DNA from: Burkholderiaceae bacterium
Lineage (GTDB): Bacteria; Pseudomonadota; Gammaproteobacteria; Burkholderiales; Burkholderiaceae_C
Length of the DNA stretch: 64,000 bases
Assembly: GCA_019234815.1 (NCBI GenBank)
Contig: JAFALA010000082.1
Span: 25,262-89,261, forward strand
Direction: 5' to 3'
Shown here: piece by piece, positions 24,477 through 34,945 of the stretch
Layout of the letters: each line of letters begins with the position of its first letter
Position numbering within the stretch: position 1 is the first letter of the stretch
Notes under the pieces: generated by a model
The model's input: the letters and a program-made list of their open reading frames with translations, nothing else
What the model was told of the DNA's origin: nothing
Database searches by the model: none
Position numbers and translations under genes: made by a program

Positions 24477-26140
24477 AGACCGCCCATCCTGCTTCAAACT
24501 TCGACACCGACGTGCTGCTCGTCGGCCTGGGCCCCGTCGGCGCCGCCATGGCAAATCTGTTGGGTCGCTATGGGGTCCGCGTGCTGGCCATCGACAAAGC
24601 ACCCAATATTTTCGAAAAGCCGCGCGCCATCGCACTTGACAACGAAGCGCTGCGCATCCTCCAGTTGGTTGGCGTGCGTGAAGGCGAATTCGCCACCGTA
24701 GCGATCCCGCAGGTTCAATACCATTCACCGCTGTTTGGCCGATTTGCACGAATCAACAGCGCAGGCGTGATCGATGGACATCCAACGCTGGTGACTTTTT
24801 ATCAGCCGGAACTGGAGCGCTTGCTCCGGAATAAGCTTGCCCAATATCGTCAGATCGAGGTTCGCCTGGGTGTTGAGCTGGCCGAATTCACGGACGATGG
24901 GTCGCAGGTATTGGCAACATTGAAGTCGGAGGCGGGCGACACCACACAAATTCGTGCACGCTACCTGGTTGGCGTTGATGGCGCAGGCTCAATGGTGCGG
25001 AAAACCTGTGATCTTGACTTTGACGGACGCAGCTTTCACCAAGACTGGTTGATTGTCGATGCACTTGGTGTCAGGGATCCAATCGATCACGTTGAATTCA
25101 TTTGCGACCCGCGCCGACCTACACCCCGAATGGTGGCTCCTGGAGGACGGCAGCGCTGGGAATTCATGCTCAGGCCCGGAGAAACCGCGGCCGAAATGGA
25201 ACATCCGGAGTCCGTGCGAAAACTGCTTGCGCCGTGGTGCGACAGCAGCCAGCTGCAGATCGAAAGAACAGCGGTTTATCGCTTCCATGCTCGCGAAGCC
25301 AAACGGTTCTCAAAAGGTCGCTGCTTCCTCGCAGGCGACGCCGCGCACATCACACCGCCCTTTGCCGGCCAAGGTCTGGTCGCCGGCTTGCGCGATGCGG
25401 CCAATCTCGCCTGGAAGCTTGCCTGGGTGGTTCGAGGTCAGGCACAGGAAGGAATACTGGCCAGCTACGACACCGAACGACGTCCACATGCCAAGGAAAT
25501 CATTCGCTTGGCACTTTTACTCGGCTCCATCGTGATGCCAAGCAACCGGCTGACCGCGTTCCTCGTTCACGGCCTGATCAAATTGATCCAGGTCGTTCCG
25601 GCCGGTCGTGCGATGTTTGAGGACCTGAAAGTCAAGCCCAAGAATGAATTCATTTCAGGTCTGTTCTGGCGTCTTGGCAAGGGCGAAAGGCTGCGCGCAG
25701 GCTCGATGCTGCCACAAGGATGGGTTCGTCGCGGCGACGCCAGCGAGCCGATGCTCAGTGACGATGCCTTGGGGCCGCATTGGTCGCTGATCGGCTTCGG
25801 TGTCGACCTGACGACCGCCATTCCCCAGCAGTTCCAGAGGCGCTGGAGTCAGGCGGGCGGAAAGATATGGCAATGGTGTCAACGAGGTCAGGCACAACAC
25901 CTGGCCCCCGCCGAACAGCGCCTGGAGGCTCTCGACGAAACTCTGCTGCCGCACCGTGTGCCGCTCGGTTGGATAGCCATCGTCAGGCCCGACCGCTGCG
26001 TCATGGCAGAAGGTCCTGCCGACCAGGCGATTTTGCTATTACAGGAGGCCCTGAGCATGTTCGAGGTGTCCGGCCGCTCCTCAGATGCAGCGCCTCGCCC
26101 AGCCTTCGGTGAAAAAATCGGGGCGACGAATGCGGCGTGA
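24473..26140 (+). CDS. FAD-dependent aromatic-ring monooxygenase (MhpA-like 3-(3-hydroxyphenyl)propionate hydroxylase class)
   Basis: DVLLVGLGPVGAAMANLLGRYGVRVLAIDK (GxGxxG), DGAGSMVRK, GRCFLAGDAAHITPPFAGQGLVAGLRDAANLAWKL. ATGA overlap with the FAH gene. Confidence 0.9.
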   Translation: MKTAHPASNFDTDVLLVGLGPVGAAMANLLGRYGVRVLAIDKAPNIFEKPRAIALDNEALRILQLVGVREGEFATVAIPQVQYHSPLFGRFARINSAGVIDGHPTLVTFYQPELERLLRNKLAQYRQIEVRLGVELAEFTDDGSQVLATLKSEAGDTTQIRARYLVGVDGAGSMVRKTCDLDFDGRSFHQDWLIVDALGVRDPIDHVEFICDPRRPTPRMVAPGGRQRWEFMLRPGETAAEMEHPESVRKLLAPWCDSSQLQIERTAVYRFHAREAKRFSKGRCFLAGDAAHITPPFAGQGLVAGLRDAANLAWKLAWVVRGQAQEGILASYDTERRPHAKEIIRLALLLGSIVMPSNRLTAFLVHGLIKLIQVVPAGRAMFEDLKVKPKNEFISGLFWRLGKGERLRAGSMLPQGWVRRGDASEPMLSDDALGPHWSLIGFGVDLTTAIPQQFQRRWSQAGGKIWQWCQRGQAQHLAPAEQRLEALDETLLPHRVPLGWIAIVRPDRCVMAEGPADQAILLLQEALSMFEVSGRSSDAAPRPAFGEKIGATNAA

Positions 26141-27155
26141 ACTGGTTTGCTCAGCGGCGCCCGCGGGCTCAAGATTTCAGACGCGGGTTGCCGAACTCAA
26201 GCCCCCCGACAATGACGACGTCCTCGTTCGCGTCAGCGCCGCTTCGGTCAATCCAATCGATGTCAAGCGCGCCCAAGGCTATGGCCGTCGACTGCTCGCG
26301 CTCAAGGGCGTGAAATACCCAGACGCGGTGCTGGGAAACGATCTGGCGGGAGTGGTTGACACGGTCGGCCGCCGAGCCGCCGGGTTTGCACCGGGGCAGC
26401 GCGTCTATGGCCTGGTGAACACCGGAAAACGAGGCGGCTCGCATGCCTCGCATGTCATCGTTCCAAGTTCGCAGCTGCTGCTTGCGCCCGAGCCGTTCGA
26501 TGCCATGCAGCTGACCGCACTCCCCTACAGCTTTACCACGGTCTGGTTGGCCTTGCATGGCATCGGCCTGGATGCCGGCAATAGCGTCCAAAAGCGCATA
26601 TTGATCAACGGTGCATCTGGTGGACTAGGACAATTGGCGCTGCAATTGCTGCGTCTTTGGCAATGTGACGTCACAGCCATATGCGGTCCAGCACGACAGG
26701 AGGCGGTGCGTCTGCATGGACCTTCTCAAGTGGTGCTTCGAGCTCCAGGCGCGATTGAAGGACTACCTGCCCATTTCGACGGGGTGTTGAATTTTGGCAA
26801 TTGGGACGACGATCCTGCACTGGCAAGCAGGCTCAACGCTCGTGCTTTGGGACACGCAACCACCGTGCATCCTCTTTTGGCAAATTTCGATGCTGGAACC
26901 TGGTTGGGTGGCGCCTGGAACAACTACCGCGCCTGGAAAGCAATGCGTCGCCATGTCGCCGAGCAAGCTCCGGCAGCCCGTTACGCATGGACCGTGTTTC
27001 GTCCCAGCGCAGCAGCGTTGAATGCGCTCGGAAGCCTCGTCCAAGCGAAGCAAATCTCGCTGCCTATCGGTATCGCCGTGCCATTCGAAAAAGCGCAGGC
27101 CGCATTCGAGCACGTTCGCTCCGAAATACCCGGAAGAGCCATTCTTCTTCCCTGA
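26130..27155 (+). CDS. Zinc-type/MDR-family oxidoreductase (quinone oxidoreductase-like)
   Basis: VLVRVSAASVNPIDVKRAQGYG, GNDLAGVV, ILINGASGGLGQLALQLLR. Start chosen at ATG 26130. Confidence 0.8.
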   Translation: MRRELVCSAAPAGSRFQTRVAELKPPDNDDVLVRVSAASVNPIDVKRAQGYGRRLLALKGVKYPDAVLGNDLAGVVDTVGRRAAGFAPGQRVYGLVNTGKRGGSHASHVIVPSSQLLLAPEPFDAMQLTALPYSFTTVWLALHGIGLDAGNSVQKRILINGASGGLGQLALQLLRLWQCDVTAICGPARQEAVRLHGPSQVVLRAPGAIEGLPAHFDGVLNFGNWDDDPALASRLNARALGHATTVHPLLANFDAGTWLGGAWNNYRAWKAMRRHVAEQAPAARYAWTVFRPSAAALNALGSLVQAKQISLPIGIAVPFEKAQAAFEHVRSEIPGRAILLP

Positions 27156-27180
27156 TTCCAGCCCCAAGCTACCGAACCCC

Positions 27181-29070
27181 ATGAATGCCATCTCTAGCGT
27201 CGCCGATATTCTCGCCATCGAATCGGAACCTCAAGCGCCTAGCCCCTGCAGCACTTACGCAATGATCCGGGAGTCGGCATTGCGGACACCCGATGCGCCT
27301 GCACTGACCTTCGTCTCGAATGTCGAAGACCCTATACCCGCGGAGGTCCTGACCTACCGCGCATTGCTTGCCGGTATTCATGCCACCGCCAACTTCTTCC
27401 ACGAATTGGGCGTCGGCAAGGACGACGTGATCGCCTTCGTATTGCCCAATTTGCCGCAGACTCACCTCACTCTCTGGGGTGGACAAGCCGCTGGCATCGT
27501 GTTTCCCATCAATCCGATGTTGCAGGCATCGGCCATCGCGGATTTGATGAATGCCGCCCGCGTCAAGGTATTGGTGACCTTGGACCCCTTGCTTGGCGGT
27601 GAGCTGTGGTCCCAACTGGCTGCCACGCTGGATAAAGTTCCGACTCTTCAACATCTGGTGCTGGTTGGAGCAACTCCTTCGTCGGCGCAAGCACTTGACC
27701 TGGTACAGGCCAATATCTCTGGCTCGATGCAAGTGCATGAATTTCGAGCGGCTATTCAGAGGCAACCCACCGACCGCCTGCTTGGCGGGCGGCAGATTCA
27801 GGCAAACGACCTGTCTTCCTACTTCTGCACGGGCGGCACCACCGGCGCACCCAAAATTGCGATGCACACACATGGCAATGAGGTCGCCAATGCTGTCAGC
27901 ACGACCCAGATGATTGGCGAAGGCATGCAGCCGGGTAAAAACATCTTCTGCGGATTACCGCTCTTTCACGTCAACGCCGTCATCGTCACAGGTCTGGCGC
28001 CGTTCTCCCGAGGCGCGCACGTGATCCTCGGAACGCCTCAAGGGTATCGTGGCCCTGGTGTATTGAGCCACTTCTGGACATTGGTCGAACAACATCGCAT
28101 CAATTTCTTCAGCGCCGTGCCCACCATCTATTCAGCGCTGCTGCAGCAACCCATCAAAGGGCATGATCTCAGTTCCTTGGAATATGGCTTGTGCGGCGCT
28201 GCCCCACTTCCAACGGAGCTGATGCGCCAATTCCAGGACTGCACCGGACTCAAGATTCTCGAAGGCTATGGCCTCACGGAAGGCACCTGCGTGAGCACCT
28301 GCAACCCCCCGCTGGGCGAGCGTCGGTCAGGGTCCATCGGCATCCGCTTGCCGTTTCAAAGAATCAAGCCCGTGCTTCTTGACGATTCGGGAAAATATTT
28401 GCGCGACTGTGCTGCCGGCGAAGCGGGCGTGCTGGTGATACAAGGACCGAACGTGATTCCCGGCTACAAAAGCGAGGCGCACAACCAAGGGTTATGGGTC
28501 GAACTCGGCGACCATCAACAATGGTTGAACACCGGCGACATGGGTCTCCAAGATGCAGATGGCTATTTTTACCTGACGGGCCGGAAAAAAGAACTCATCA
28601 TCCGAGGCGGCCATAACATCGATCCTGCAGCCATCGAGGGCCCATTGCTCAAACACCCGGCCGTGCAAATGTCCGCAGCGGTGGGCCGGCCAGATGCATA
28701 TGCTGGAGAACTCCCCGTCGCCTACGTGCAGCTCAAACCTGGCGCTACGGCGACCGAGGCAGATTTGCTTGAGTTCGCAAACCGAAATATCGGTGAGCGT
28801 GCGGCCGTGCCCAAGCTGATACGCATTGTCAATGCCTTGCCGTTGACCAGCGTCGGCAAAATCTTCAAACCTACATTGAAGCTACAAGAAATCGAAGATG
28901 GAATCCGATGTGCGCTCAGCGAGGCGGGCATCAAGGCTCACGAATTGAGGGCAATTGCCGATCCGGCCGTAGGAACCCGCCTTGATTTGACATTGGATCG
29001 TTCCGAGCAATATGTCGCGGAAAAATTGCTAGGCTGTTTCCCGTTTCAATACACGATGCACTTCGCTTAA
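27181..29070 (+). CDS. AMP-dependent acyl-CoA synthetase/ligase (long ~630-aa class)
   Basis: Start at ATG 27181. YFCTGGTTGAPKIAMHTH (AMP-binding P-loop), EGYGLTEG, TGDMG, GRKKELIIRGGHNI, terminal Lys in SVGKIFK. Confidence 0.9.
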   Translation: MNAISSVADILAIESEPQAPSPCSTYAMIRESALRTPDAPALTFVSNVEDPIPAEVLTYRALLAGIHATANFFHELGVGKDDVIAFVLPNLPQTHLTLWGGQAAGIVFPINPMLQASAIADLMNAARVKVLVTLDPLLGGELWSQLAATLDKVPTLQHLVLVGATPSSAQALDLVQANISGSMQVHEFRAAIQRQPTDRLLGGRQIQANDLSSYFCTGGTTGAPKIAMHTHGNEVANAVSTTQMIGEGMQPGKNIFCGLPLFHVNAVIVTGLAPFSRGAHVILGTPQGYRGPGVLSHFWTLVEQHRINFFSAVPTIYSALLQQPIKGHDLSSLEYGLCGAAPLPTELMRQFQDCTGLKILEGYGLTEGTCVSTCNPPLGERRSGSIGIRLPFQRIKPVLLDDSGKYLRDCAAGEAGVLVIQGPNVIPGYKSEAHNQGLWVELGDHQQWLNTGDMGLQDADGYFYLTGRKKELIIRGGHNIDPAAIEGPLLKHPAVQMSAAVGRPDAYAGELPVAYVQLKPGATATEADLLEFANRNIGERAAVPKLIRIVNALPLTSVGKIFKPTLKLQEIEDGIRCALSEAGIKAHELRAIADPAVGTRLDLTLDRSEQYVAEKLLGCFPFQYTMHFA

Positions 29071-29162
29071 GGGCGCATCCTTCAATCCTGGATCATCCAG
29101 GATTGAAGTCAATTCCAATGTCTTGGCATTGACACCATCATGCGTCATGCAATTTGATGTTC

Positions 29163-29216
29163 AAAAAAACGCGCCGTTCTCGACCTCACTTGAGGACTTG
29201 AACGGCGCGTCATATT
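29163..29216 (-). terminator. Strong hairpin terminator after the TolC-family gene (possibly bidirectional)
   Basis: On the minus strand, ACGCGCCGTT...AACGGCGCGT forms a 10-bp stem with an inner stem, followed by T7. GGGGCCGCGGCCCC lies just upstream. Confidence 0.75.
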
Positions 29217-29247
29217 TTAGAAGGGGCCGCGGCCCCCTACTCGCTCA

Positions 29248-30606
29248 TCATTGGGTGCTGAGCCACCCATTTGCCTCCTGCAGCTGCCCCTCGCTCAGCT
29301 CACCCACGGCGGCGGCAAGCCGGATACGCCCCATGAGGTAGTCCAGGCGCGCTTGCGCCACGTCGAATTCAGCGCTCAATGCCCGTTGCTGGGCATCAAG
29401 CACATCCAACTCGGTTCGTGTGCCAACGTCACGGCCCAAGGTCGTCGCCTCAAGCGCGGATCGCGCAGATTTGAGAGATTGCTCTGACGATGCAATGCGC
29501 GCGACACCCGTCTTGACCGAAAGGAACGCATCCTGCACTTGGAGGCGGACATCCCGTTTGGCGGCAGCGAGCTGATCTTCAGCCTCCTCGCGACGAGCAA
29601 TGGCTTCGCGTTCACGTGAATCAATGCCTCCACCTGCATAGAGGGGCACGGTCAGTTGCAGACCCACGACAGCGTTGCGATCGCTTGACGCCGACAAGAT
29701 GGGTGAAAGCCCGCCGTTTTGCCCTTGCGATGTATAACCCGCCACCAAATTCAGCGATGGCCGTCCTGAGATCTTGAATTTGTCGATTTCAACTCGAGAA
29801 ATTTCAAGTTGCGATTGACGTGTGCGGACCAGACTGCTGTGGGCCTCTCCCCTTTGCTGCCAATCCGTCAGGCTGTCCGGCAGCGGCGGTGTCGCCACCA
29901 GATTGGGTGCGACAACGGCCAGTCCGTCAGCAGGAGAACCCACCAGTTCCTGAAGCTGCGCTCGACGCAACTCCAGCATGCTCCTGGCATTGATCTCCTG
30001 CGTCAGGACTTGATCAAAGCGCGCCTGGGCTTCTTGCAGGTCCGTGATTTTGCCGCGGCCCACATCAAAGCGTGCTTGGGCACGGTCGCGCTGCAACCCA
30101 ATGGCCGCTTTTGACGCCTCGGCAACTCGCAAGCCTTCCTGAGCCAAAAGCACCCCGAAATACGCCTCCGAAACCCGCTGCATCAGGTTCTGCTTGGCTT
30201 GGTCGTATTCCGTCTCGGCCAATTTCGCTTGCTGGTGAAGCTGGCTCCTGTTGGCGCTCGCACTTGCGTCGTAGATGGGCTGCGTCAGCTGGACCGCAGC
30301 CTGATGCACGGAACCGCTACTGTGGCTCGGCAACAAGCTGGCAAAGGCGCTTGGAATGTTGTTCGTCATGTGATCGTCAACATAATTCACCCCTGCTTGG
30401 AAACCAACGCGCGGTCGCAACAGAGCGTCACCCTGCACTGTCTTTTCACGCCCTGCCAGCACCGCTTCGTTGGCGGCAAGTTGGGTGGGGTCGTGCTGGA
30501 CCGCTGCCTCGTAGGCGCCAACCAGGTCAAGTGCCTGCGCTGAAAATGCGTCGAGGGAGATCAGTCCAAGCACGGCCAAACGGGCGGTCAGTTGAATGAA
30601 CTTCAT
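29248..30606 (-). CDS. TolC-family outer membrane efflux protein
   Basis: Signal peptide MKFIQLTARLAVLGLISLDAFSAQA. Two-repeat coiled-coil/barrel pattern. DLVGAYEAAVQHDPTQLAA is a typical TolC-family start. Confidence 0.9.
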   Translation of the reverse strand: MKFIQLTARLAVLGLISLDAFSAQALDLVGAYEAAVQHDPTQLAANEAVLAGREKTVQGDALLRPRVGFQAGVNYVDDHMTNNIPSAFASLLPSHSSGSVHQAAVQLTQPIYDASASANRSQLHQQAKLAETEYDQAKQNLMQRVSEAYFGVLLAQEGLRVAEASKAAIGLQRDRAQARFDVGRGKITDLQEAQARFDQVLTQEINARSMLELRRAQLQELVGSPADGLAVVAPNLVATPPLPDSLTDWQQRGEAHSSLVRTRQSQLEISRVEIDKFKISGRPSLNLVAGYTSQGQNGGLSPILSASSDRNAVVGLQLTVPLYAGGGIDSREREAIARREEAEDQLAAAKRDVRLQVQDAFLSVKTGVARIASSEQSLKSARSALEATTLGRDVGTRTELDVLDAQQRALSAEFDVAQARLDYLMGRIRLAAAVGELSEGQLQEANGWLSTQ

Positions 30607-30610
30607 GGCT

Positions 30611-33600
30611 TCAGCCTTTCCTGCCCAGCAGGGCGTCTTGCGTGCCGGGGTTTTGTGCGCGGTACAAGGTTGCGTACAACGCCGGCAGGAATATCAAAGT
30701 GAGCAAGGTTGCTATCGCCAGACCGCCCATGATGGCCCAGGCCATCGGCCCCCAAAACACGGAACGGGTCAAGGGAACCATTGCCAGGATGGCGGCCAGG
30801 GCCGTCAATGCGATGGGGCGCAAGCGACGCACTGCAGATTCGACAATGGCACTCCACATGGATGCGCCAGCGGCCATGTCCTGATCAATTTGCACCACCA
30901 GGATGACCGAGTTTCGAATGATCATTCCAGCCAAGGCAATGACACCCAGCATGGCGACGAATCCAAACGGTATCTGGAATGCCGCCATGATCGCGCTCAC
31001 TCCGATCAACCCCAAGGGGGCCGTCAACAGTACCAACACCATCTTCTTGATGTCCTGCAGCTGAATCATCAGCAGCACCAGCACTGCAACAATCGTCGCC
31101 GGCATGACCGCGAAAATGGACTTCTGAGCCTTTTCGCTGGATTCAGTGGCCCCGCCAACGTCGATGCCATAGCCCATCGGCAGGGTCTTGGCCAGTGCAT
31201 TGATCTGCGGCTGCAAGGCCTTCGTGACATCAGGACCTTCTGCACCTGAAATGTCCGCACGCACGGTCAGCGTCGGGACGCGGTTGCGTCTCCAAAGCTG
31301 GCTGTCTTCACTATCCACGGACAAGCGAGCGACTTGAGACAAGGGGACGAACTTCCCATCGCGAAGATAGATCTTGGCGTCTTTGAGGTTGTTCAGATCC
31401 GTGCGCTCCGCCTGGGCTAGGCGAGCCACCACGTCGATGCTCTGGTCGGCCTCCCGATACTGCGTGATCGGAGCTCCCGAGATGGACGTTTCCAGGGCCT
31501 GCTGGATTTGCCGCGAGGTCAATCCAAGCGCTCGGGCCTTGTCCTGGTCGACATCAACGCGAACACGCTTGGTCCGCTCGCCCCAATCCTGATTGACCTG
31601 ACGCACGTGTGCGTTGCCTCGCATGATGGTCTCAACCTTGGCGCCGATCTCAGCGATCTTGTCCAGGTCATTCCCATAAACTCGGAATTGAACTGGGTAG
31701 CCCACCGGGGGGCCATTCTCCAGGCGGTTGACACGACCGCGCACATTCGGAAGATCGTGCTCGAACAAGCCCTGAATCTTGCGCAGTACCCGCTCCCGTG
31801 CTTCACCGCCTTTTGTCATGACCATCACTTCACCCAAGTTGAGATTGGGGGTCTGCACGTCAAGGGGCAGATAGAAGCGAGGGCTGCCATTGCCCACGTA
31901 ACTGGTGACCGCGACCACGTCCGGATCACCTTTCAGGGCAGATTCAAAGCGACGAACTTCCTGCGAGCTGGCCTCAAAGGTCGAGGCTTGCGGCATCCAC
32001 AGGTCAACCATCAGCTCTGGGCGATCAGACGCGGGAAAGAACTGCTGCGGAACGGCATTGAACAGCACAATGGCCCCCGCAAACGCTGCCAGCGTGACCC
32101 CGATCACCAATTTCCTGTAATGCAGGCATTTGTCGATGAAGCGCCGGAAGACAAGGTAGAAGCCGCGTTGGTAGACCGCGTCTTCGTCATGTGACGCATG
32201 CGAATCTTCCTTCAGCAGCTTGAATCCAATGTAGGGCGTGAAGACCACCGCCACGATCCAGGAGAGCACGAGCGAAATCCCCACCACCTGGAAGAGCGAA
32301 TAGACATATTCGCCCGTTCCCGATTTGGCAAATCCGACGGGCAGAAATCCTGCCGCCGTGATCAAGGTGCCCGTGAGCATCGGGAATGCCGTCGCCGTGT
32401 ATGCGTAGGTGGCCGCGCGGAATTTGTCCCAACCTTGCTCCAACTTCAAAGCCATCATTTCGACCGCGATGATGGCGTCGTCGACCAGCAAGCCAAGCGC
32501 GATGATCAAAGCCCCGAGCGAAATGCGCTGCAGGTCTATGCCCATCAGGTACATGACGAGGAACGTCATCGCCAGCACCAGCGGGATGCACAAGGCCACG
32601 ACCAAGCCGGTGCGCAGGCCCAAAGAGAAGAAACTCACGGCCAGCACAATGACCACGGCTTCGCCGAGGCTCTTCTTGAACTCGTGCACCGACTCTTCCA
32701 CCACACGCGGCTGGTCGCTGACGGCATGGATCTGGACTCCAACCGGCAAGTGCGCCTGGACGCGCTTGACTGTTTCGTCCAATTGCTCACCCAGGCTGAT
32801 GACGTCGCCGCCTTTGCGCATGCTGACGGCCAAGCCAACTGCATCCTCCCCGTTGTGGCGCATCTTGACTTGCGCAGGGTCGATGAAGCCGCGGTGGACG
32901 TTGGCAATGTCCCCCAGACGGAAGGTTCGATTGCCAGCGCGGATGCCGATGTTGCGGATTCCTTCGATCGAGTCGAATTCCCCGCTCACCGTCAATCGAA
33001 CTTGCTCATTGCTGGTTTGAACCGTGCCTGCAGAAGCCACCGCATTGGTTTGAGCCAGCGTCGCGCCGATCAGCGCGGGATCAATCCCGAGCGACGCCAA
33101 TTTTGCGTTGGACGTTTCTACATAGATTTTCTCGTCTTGCTTTCCGACGACGTCGACCTTGTTGACGTCCGCGACACGCAAGAATTCATTTCTCGCCGCA
33201 TCGGCAAATTGCCGAAGCTGCGCATTGTTGAATCCGTCGCCGGTGATGGCGTAAAGATTGCCAAAGGTATCGCCGAACTCATCGTTGAAAAATGGCCCCT
33301 GCACCTCCGGAGGAAGGAGGTGCCTGATGTCGCCGACCTTCTTGCGCACCTGGTACCAGACCTCCGGCACATCCTTGGGTGACGTTGCCTCTCGCAGATT
33401 CACCTTGATCTGCGTTTCACCCGGGCGCACGTAGGTGGCCGTGTAATCGATCTCGGCCACCTCCTGCAACTTCTTCTCGATTCGATCAGTCACCTGATCG
33501 GCCATCTGTTGCGACGAGCTGCCCGGCCAATAGGCCTGGACCACCATCGTCTTGACGGTGAACTCGGGGTCCTCTTTCTGGCCCAGACGGCCATAGGCAA

Positions 33601-33688
33601 AGACGCCGGCAACCGTGAAGAGCAGCAACAGGAATGCAATCATTTGTGGGTGCTTGAGCGCCCACTCGGACAGATTGAGCCCTTTCAC
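30611..33688 (-). CDS. RND efflux transporter permease (AcrB/AcrD/AcrF family)
   Basis: GTG 33688 (GGAGG RBS, GTGA overlap with the MFP stop). 1025 aa, 12-TM RND architecture. LSEWALKHPQMIAFLLLL..., ALGLLVDDAIIAVE. Confidence 0.95.
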   Translation of the reverse strand: MKGLNLSEWALKHPQMIAFLLLLFTVAGVFAYGRLGQKEDPEFTVKTMVVQAYWPGSSSQQMADQVTDRIEKKLQEVAEIDYTATYVRPGETQIKVNLREATSPKDVPEVWYQVRKKVGDIRHLLPPEVQGPFFNDEFGDTFGNLYAITGDGFNNAQLRQFADAARNEFLRVADVNKVDVVGKQDEKIYVETSNAKLASLGIDPALIGATLAQTNAVASAGTVQTSNEQVRLTVSGEFDSIEGIRNIGIRAGNRTFRLGDIANVHRGFIDPAQVKMRHNGEDAVGLAVSMRKGGDVISLGEQLDETVKRVQAHLPVGVQIHAVSDQPRVVEESVHEFKKSLGEAVVIVLAVSFFSLGLRTGLVVALCIPLVLAMTFLVMYLMGIDLQRISLGALIIALGLLVDDAIIAVEMMALKLEQGWDKFRAATYAYTATAFPMLTGTLITAAGFLPVGFAKSGTGEYVYSLFQVVGISLVLSWIVAVVFTPYIGFKLLKEDSHASHDEDAVYQRGFYLVFRRFIDKCLHYRKLVIGVTLAAFAGAIVLFNAVPQQFFPASDRPELMVDLWMPQASTFEASSQEVRRFESALKGDPDVVAVTSYVGNGSPRFYLPLDVQTPNLNLGEVMVMTKGGEARERVLRKIQGLFEHDLPNVRGRVNRLENGPPVGYPVQFRVYGNDLDKIAEIGAKVETIMRGNAHVRQVNQDWGERTKRVRVDVDQDKARALGLTSRQIQQALETSISGAPITQYREADQSIDVVARLAQAERTDLNNLKDAKIYLRDGKFVPLSQVARLSVDSEDSQLWRRNRVPTLTVRADISGAEGPDVTKALQPQINALAKTLPMGYGIDVGGATESSEKAQKSIFAVMPATIVAVLVLLMIQLQDIKKMVLVLLTAPLGLIGVSAIMAAFQIPFGFVAMLGVIALAGMIIRNSVILVVQIDQDMAAGASMWSAIVESAVRRLRPIALTALAAILAMVPLTRSVFWGPMAWAIMGGLAIATLLTLIFLPALYATLYRAQNPGTQDALLGRKG

Positions 33689-34785
33689 TTGGCACCTCCA
33701 GCGGAGGTCGGCGCGGCAAGCACGTCCACGCGCTGGCCGGCCTGAAGCATGTGAACACCGGCGCTCACGACCGTTTCTCCGCCGACCAAGCCGGAGAGAA
33801 CAGCGATAGAGTCGTCCTGGGCACTTCCAAGCGCCACCGTGCGCAGACTTACGCGCGAGGTTTTCGAATCGACAACCCACACCTGACGCTCCGAGGCCTT
33901 GTCGACAATCGCAGTCAAAGGCAGGCGGATTGCGCTGGGGCCTTCTATGTCCCGGACAGCGACAGACGCTGTCATCCCAAGTCGCAGCATGTCCGGATCA
34001 GGCTTCTTGATCGAAATCCGGGCGGAATAGGTACGGGTCACGCTATCCGTATTAGGAGCCAGCTCGCGCAGGCTACCCTCCCAACCCTGACCAGGATGCG
34101 CCCAAACCGACACGCTCAAGGTCTTGGCACGGCGCAGTTCATCAACTCGAGACTCCGGAATATTGATGGAAACTTCGCGCTCTCCGTCTGCAGCAACCGT
34201 CACAACGGGCTGGCCCGCCGCGACCACCTGGCCGGTTTCTGCCATCAAGGCGGTCACCACGCCATCGCGGTCGGCGACGAGTACGGTGTACCCCTCTTGG
34301 TTGGCCGCGGCAATTCGACGGGCTCCAGCAGCGCGCAGTTGAGACTCATACTGCTGGACCAGCAGCTTTTGCTGGTCCAGCTCAGCTTGAGACGCAAACT
34401 GGCGAGCCAGCAGCTGTTCAGTTCGTTTCAGATCGATGCGTGCCTGATCCAGGCGGCTGCGAGCTGCATCAACGTCAGCGTCTGCCGCCGCCACGCCCTG
34501 GACCTCCTGCTCCGGACTCAAGCGCATCAATGGCTGCCCGCGCTTGACCTGGCTGCCGATCTCGACAAGTCGCGAGACCACTCTGCCAGCGGCCCGAAAC
34601 CCCAACACACTTTCATAGCGTGACACGATTTCGCCGGAGTATGAGGCACCCACCGAGCCGTCGGACCGTCCCGCAACGACCGTGCGAACCGGACGAACAT
34701 CCTCAAAGGCCTCAGTTTCCTTGCGCCCGCAAGCGCTGAGCAACAATGCCGCCGCCAGCGGCGTGATGACCAATATCGTCCTCAT
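33685..34785 (-). CDS. RND periplasmic adaptor (MFP) lipoprotein
   Basis: MRTILVITPLAAALLLSACG lipobox. Biotinyl-lipoyl-like and coiled-coil hairpin regions. AAGGAGA RBS. Confidence 0.9.
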   Translation of the reverse strand: MRTILVITPLAAALLLSACGRKETEAFEDVRPVRTVVAGRSDGSVGASYSGEIVSRYESVLGFRAAGRVVSRLVEIGSQVKRGQPLMRLSPEQEVQGVAAADADVDAARSRLDQARIDLKRTEQLLARQFASQAELDQQKLLVQQYESQLRAAGARRIAAANQEGYTVLVADRDGVVTALMAETGQVVAAGQPVVTVAADGEREVSINIPESRVDELRRAKTLSVSVWAHPGQGWEGSLRELAPNTDSVTRTYSARISIKKPDPDMLRLGMTASVAVRDIEGPSAIRLPLTAIVDKASERQVWVVDSKTSRVSLRTVALGSAQDDSIAVLSGLVGGETVVSAGVHMLQAGQRVDVLAAPTSAGGAK

Positions 34786-34945
34786 GGACGCTCTCCTTCA
34801 TGACGTTGAAACTTGCCGAAGAACCCAATGCGCAGATTGGCTCCCCCTGCCGGAAAACATTGACTGACAGCAAACCCTGCTCGCCGAGACACACCAAATT
34901 CCGCCCCGAGGGCGGGCAAAAACACCGGTCGGGGCGCTAAAGTTC

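Noticed and set aside
20230-29247. Possibility of a second, tandem island downstream of attR.
   Set aside because: By eye I found no further copy of the tRNA 3' end or of the ACCCATCAT arm repeats, and no second integrase. I treat it as ordinary accessory catabolic DNA.
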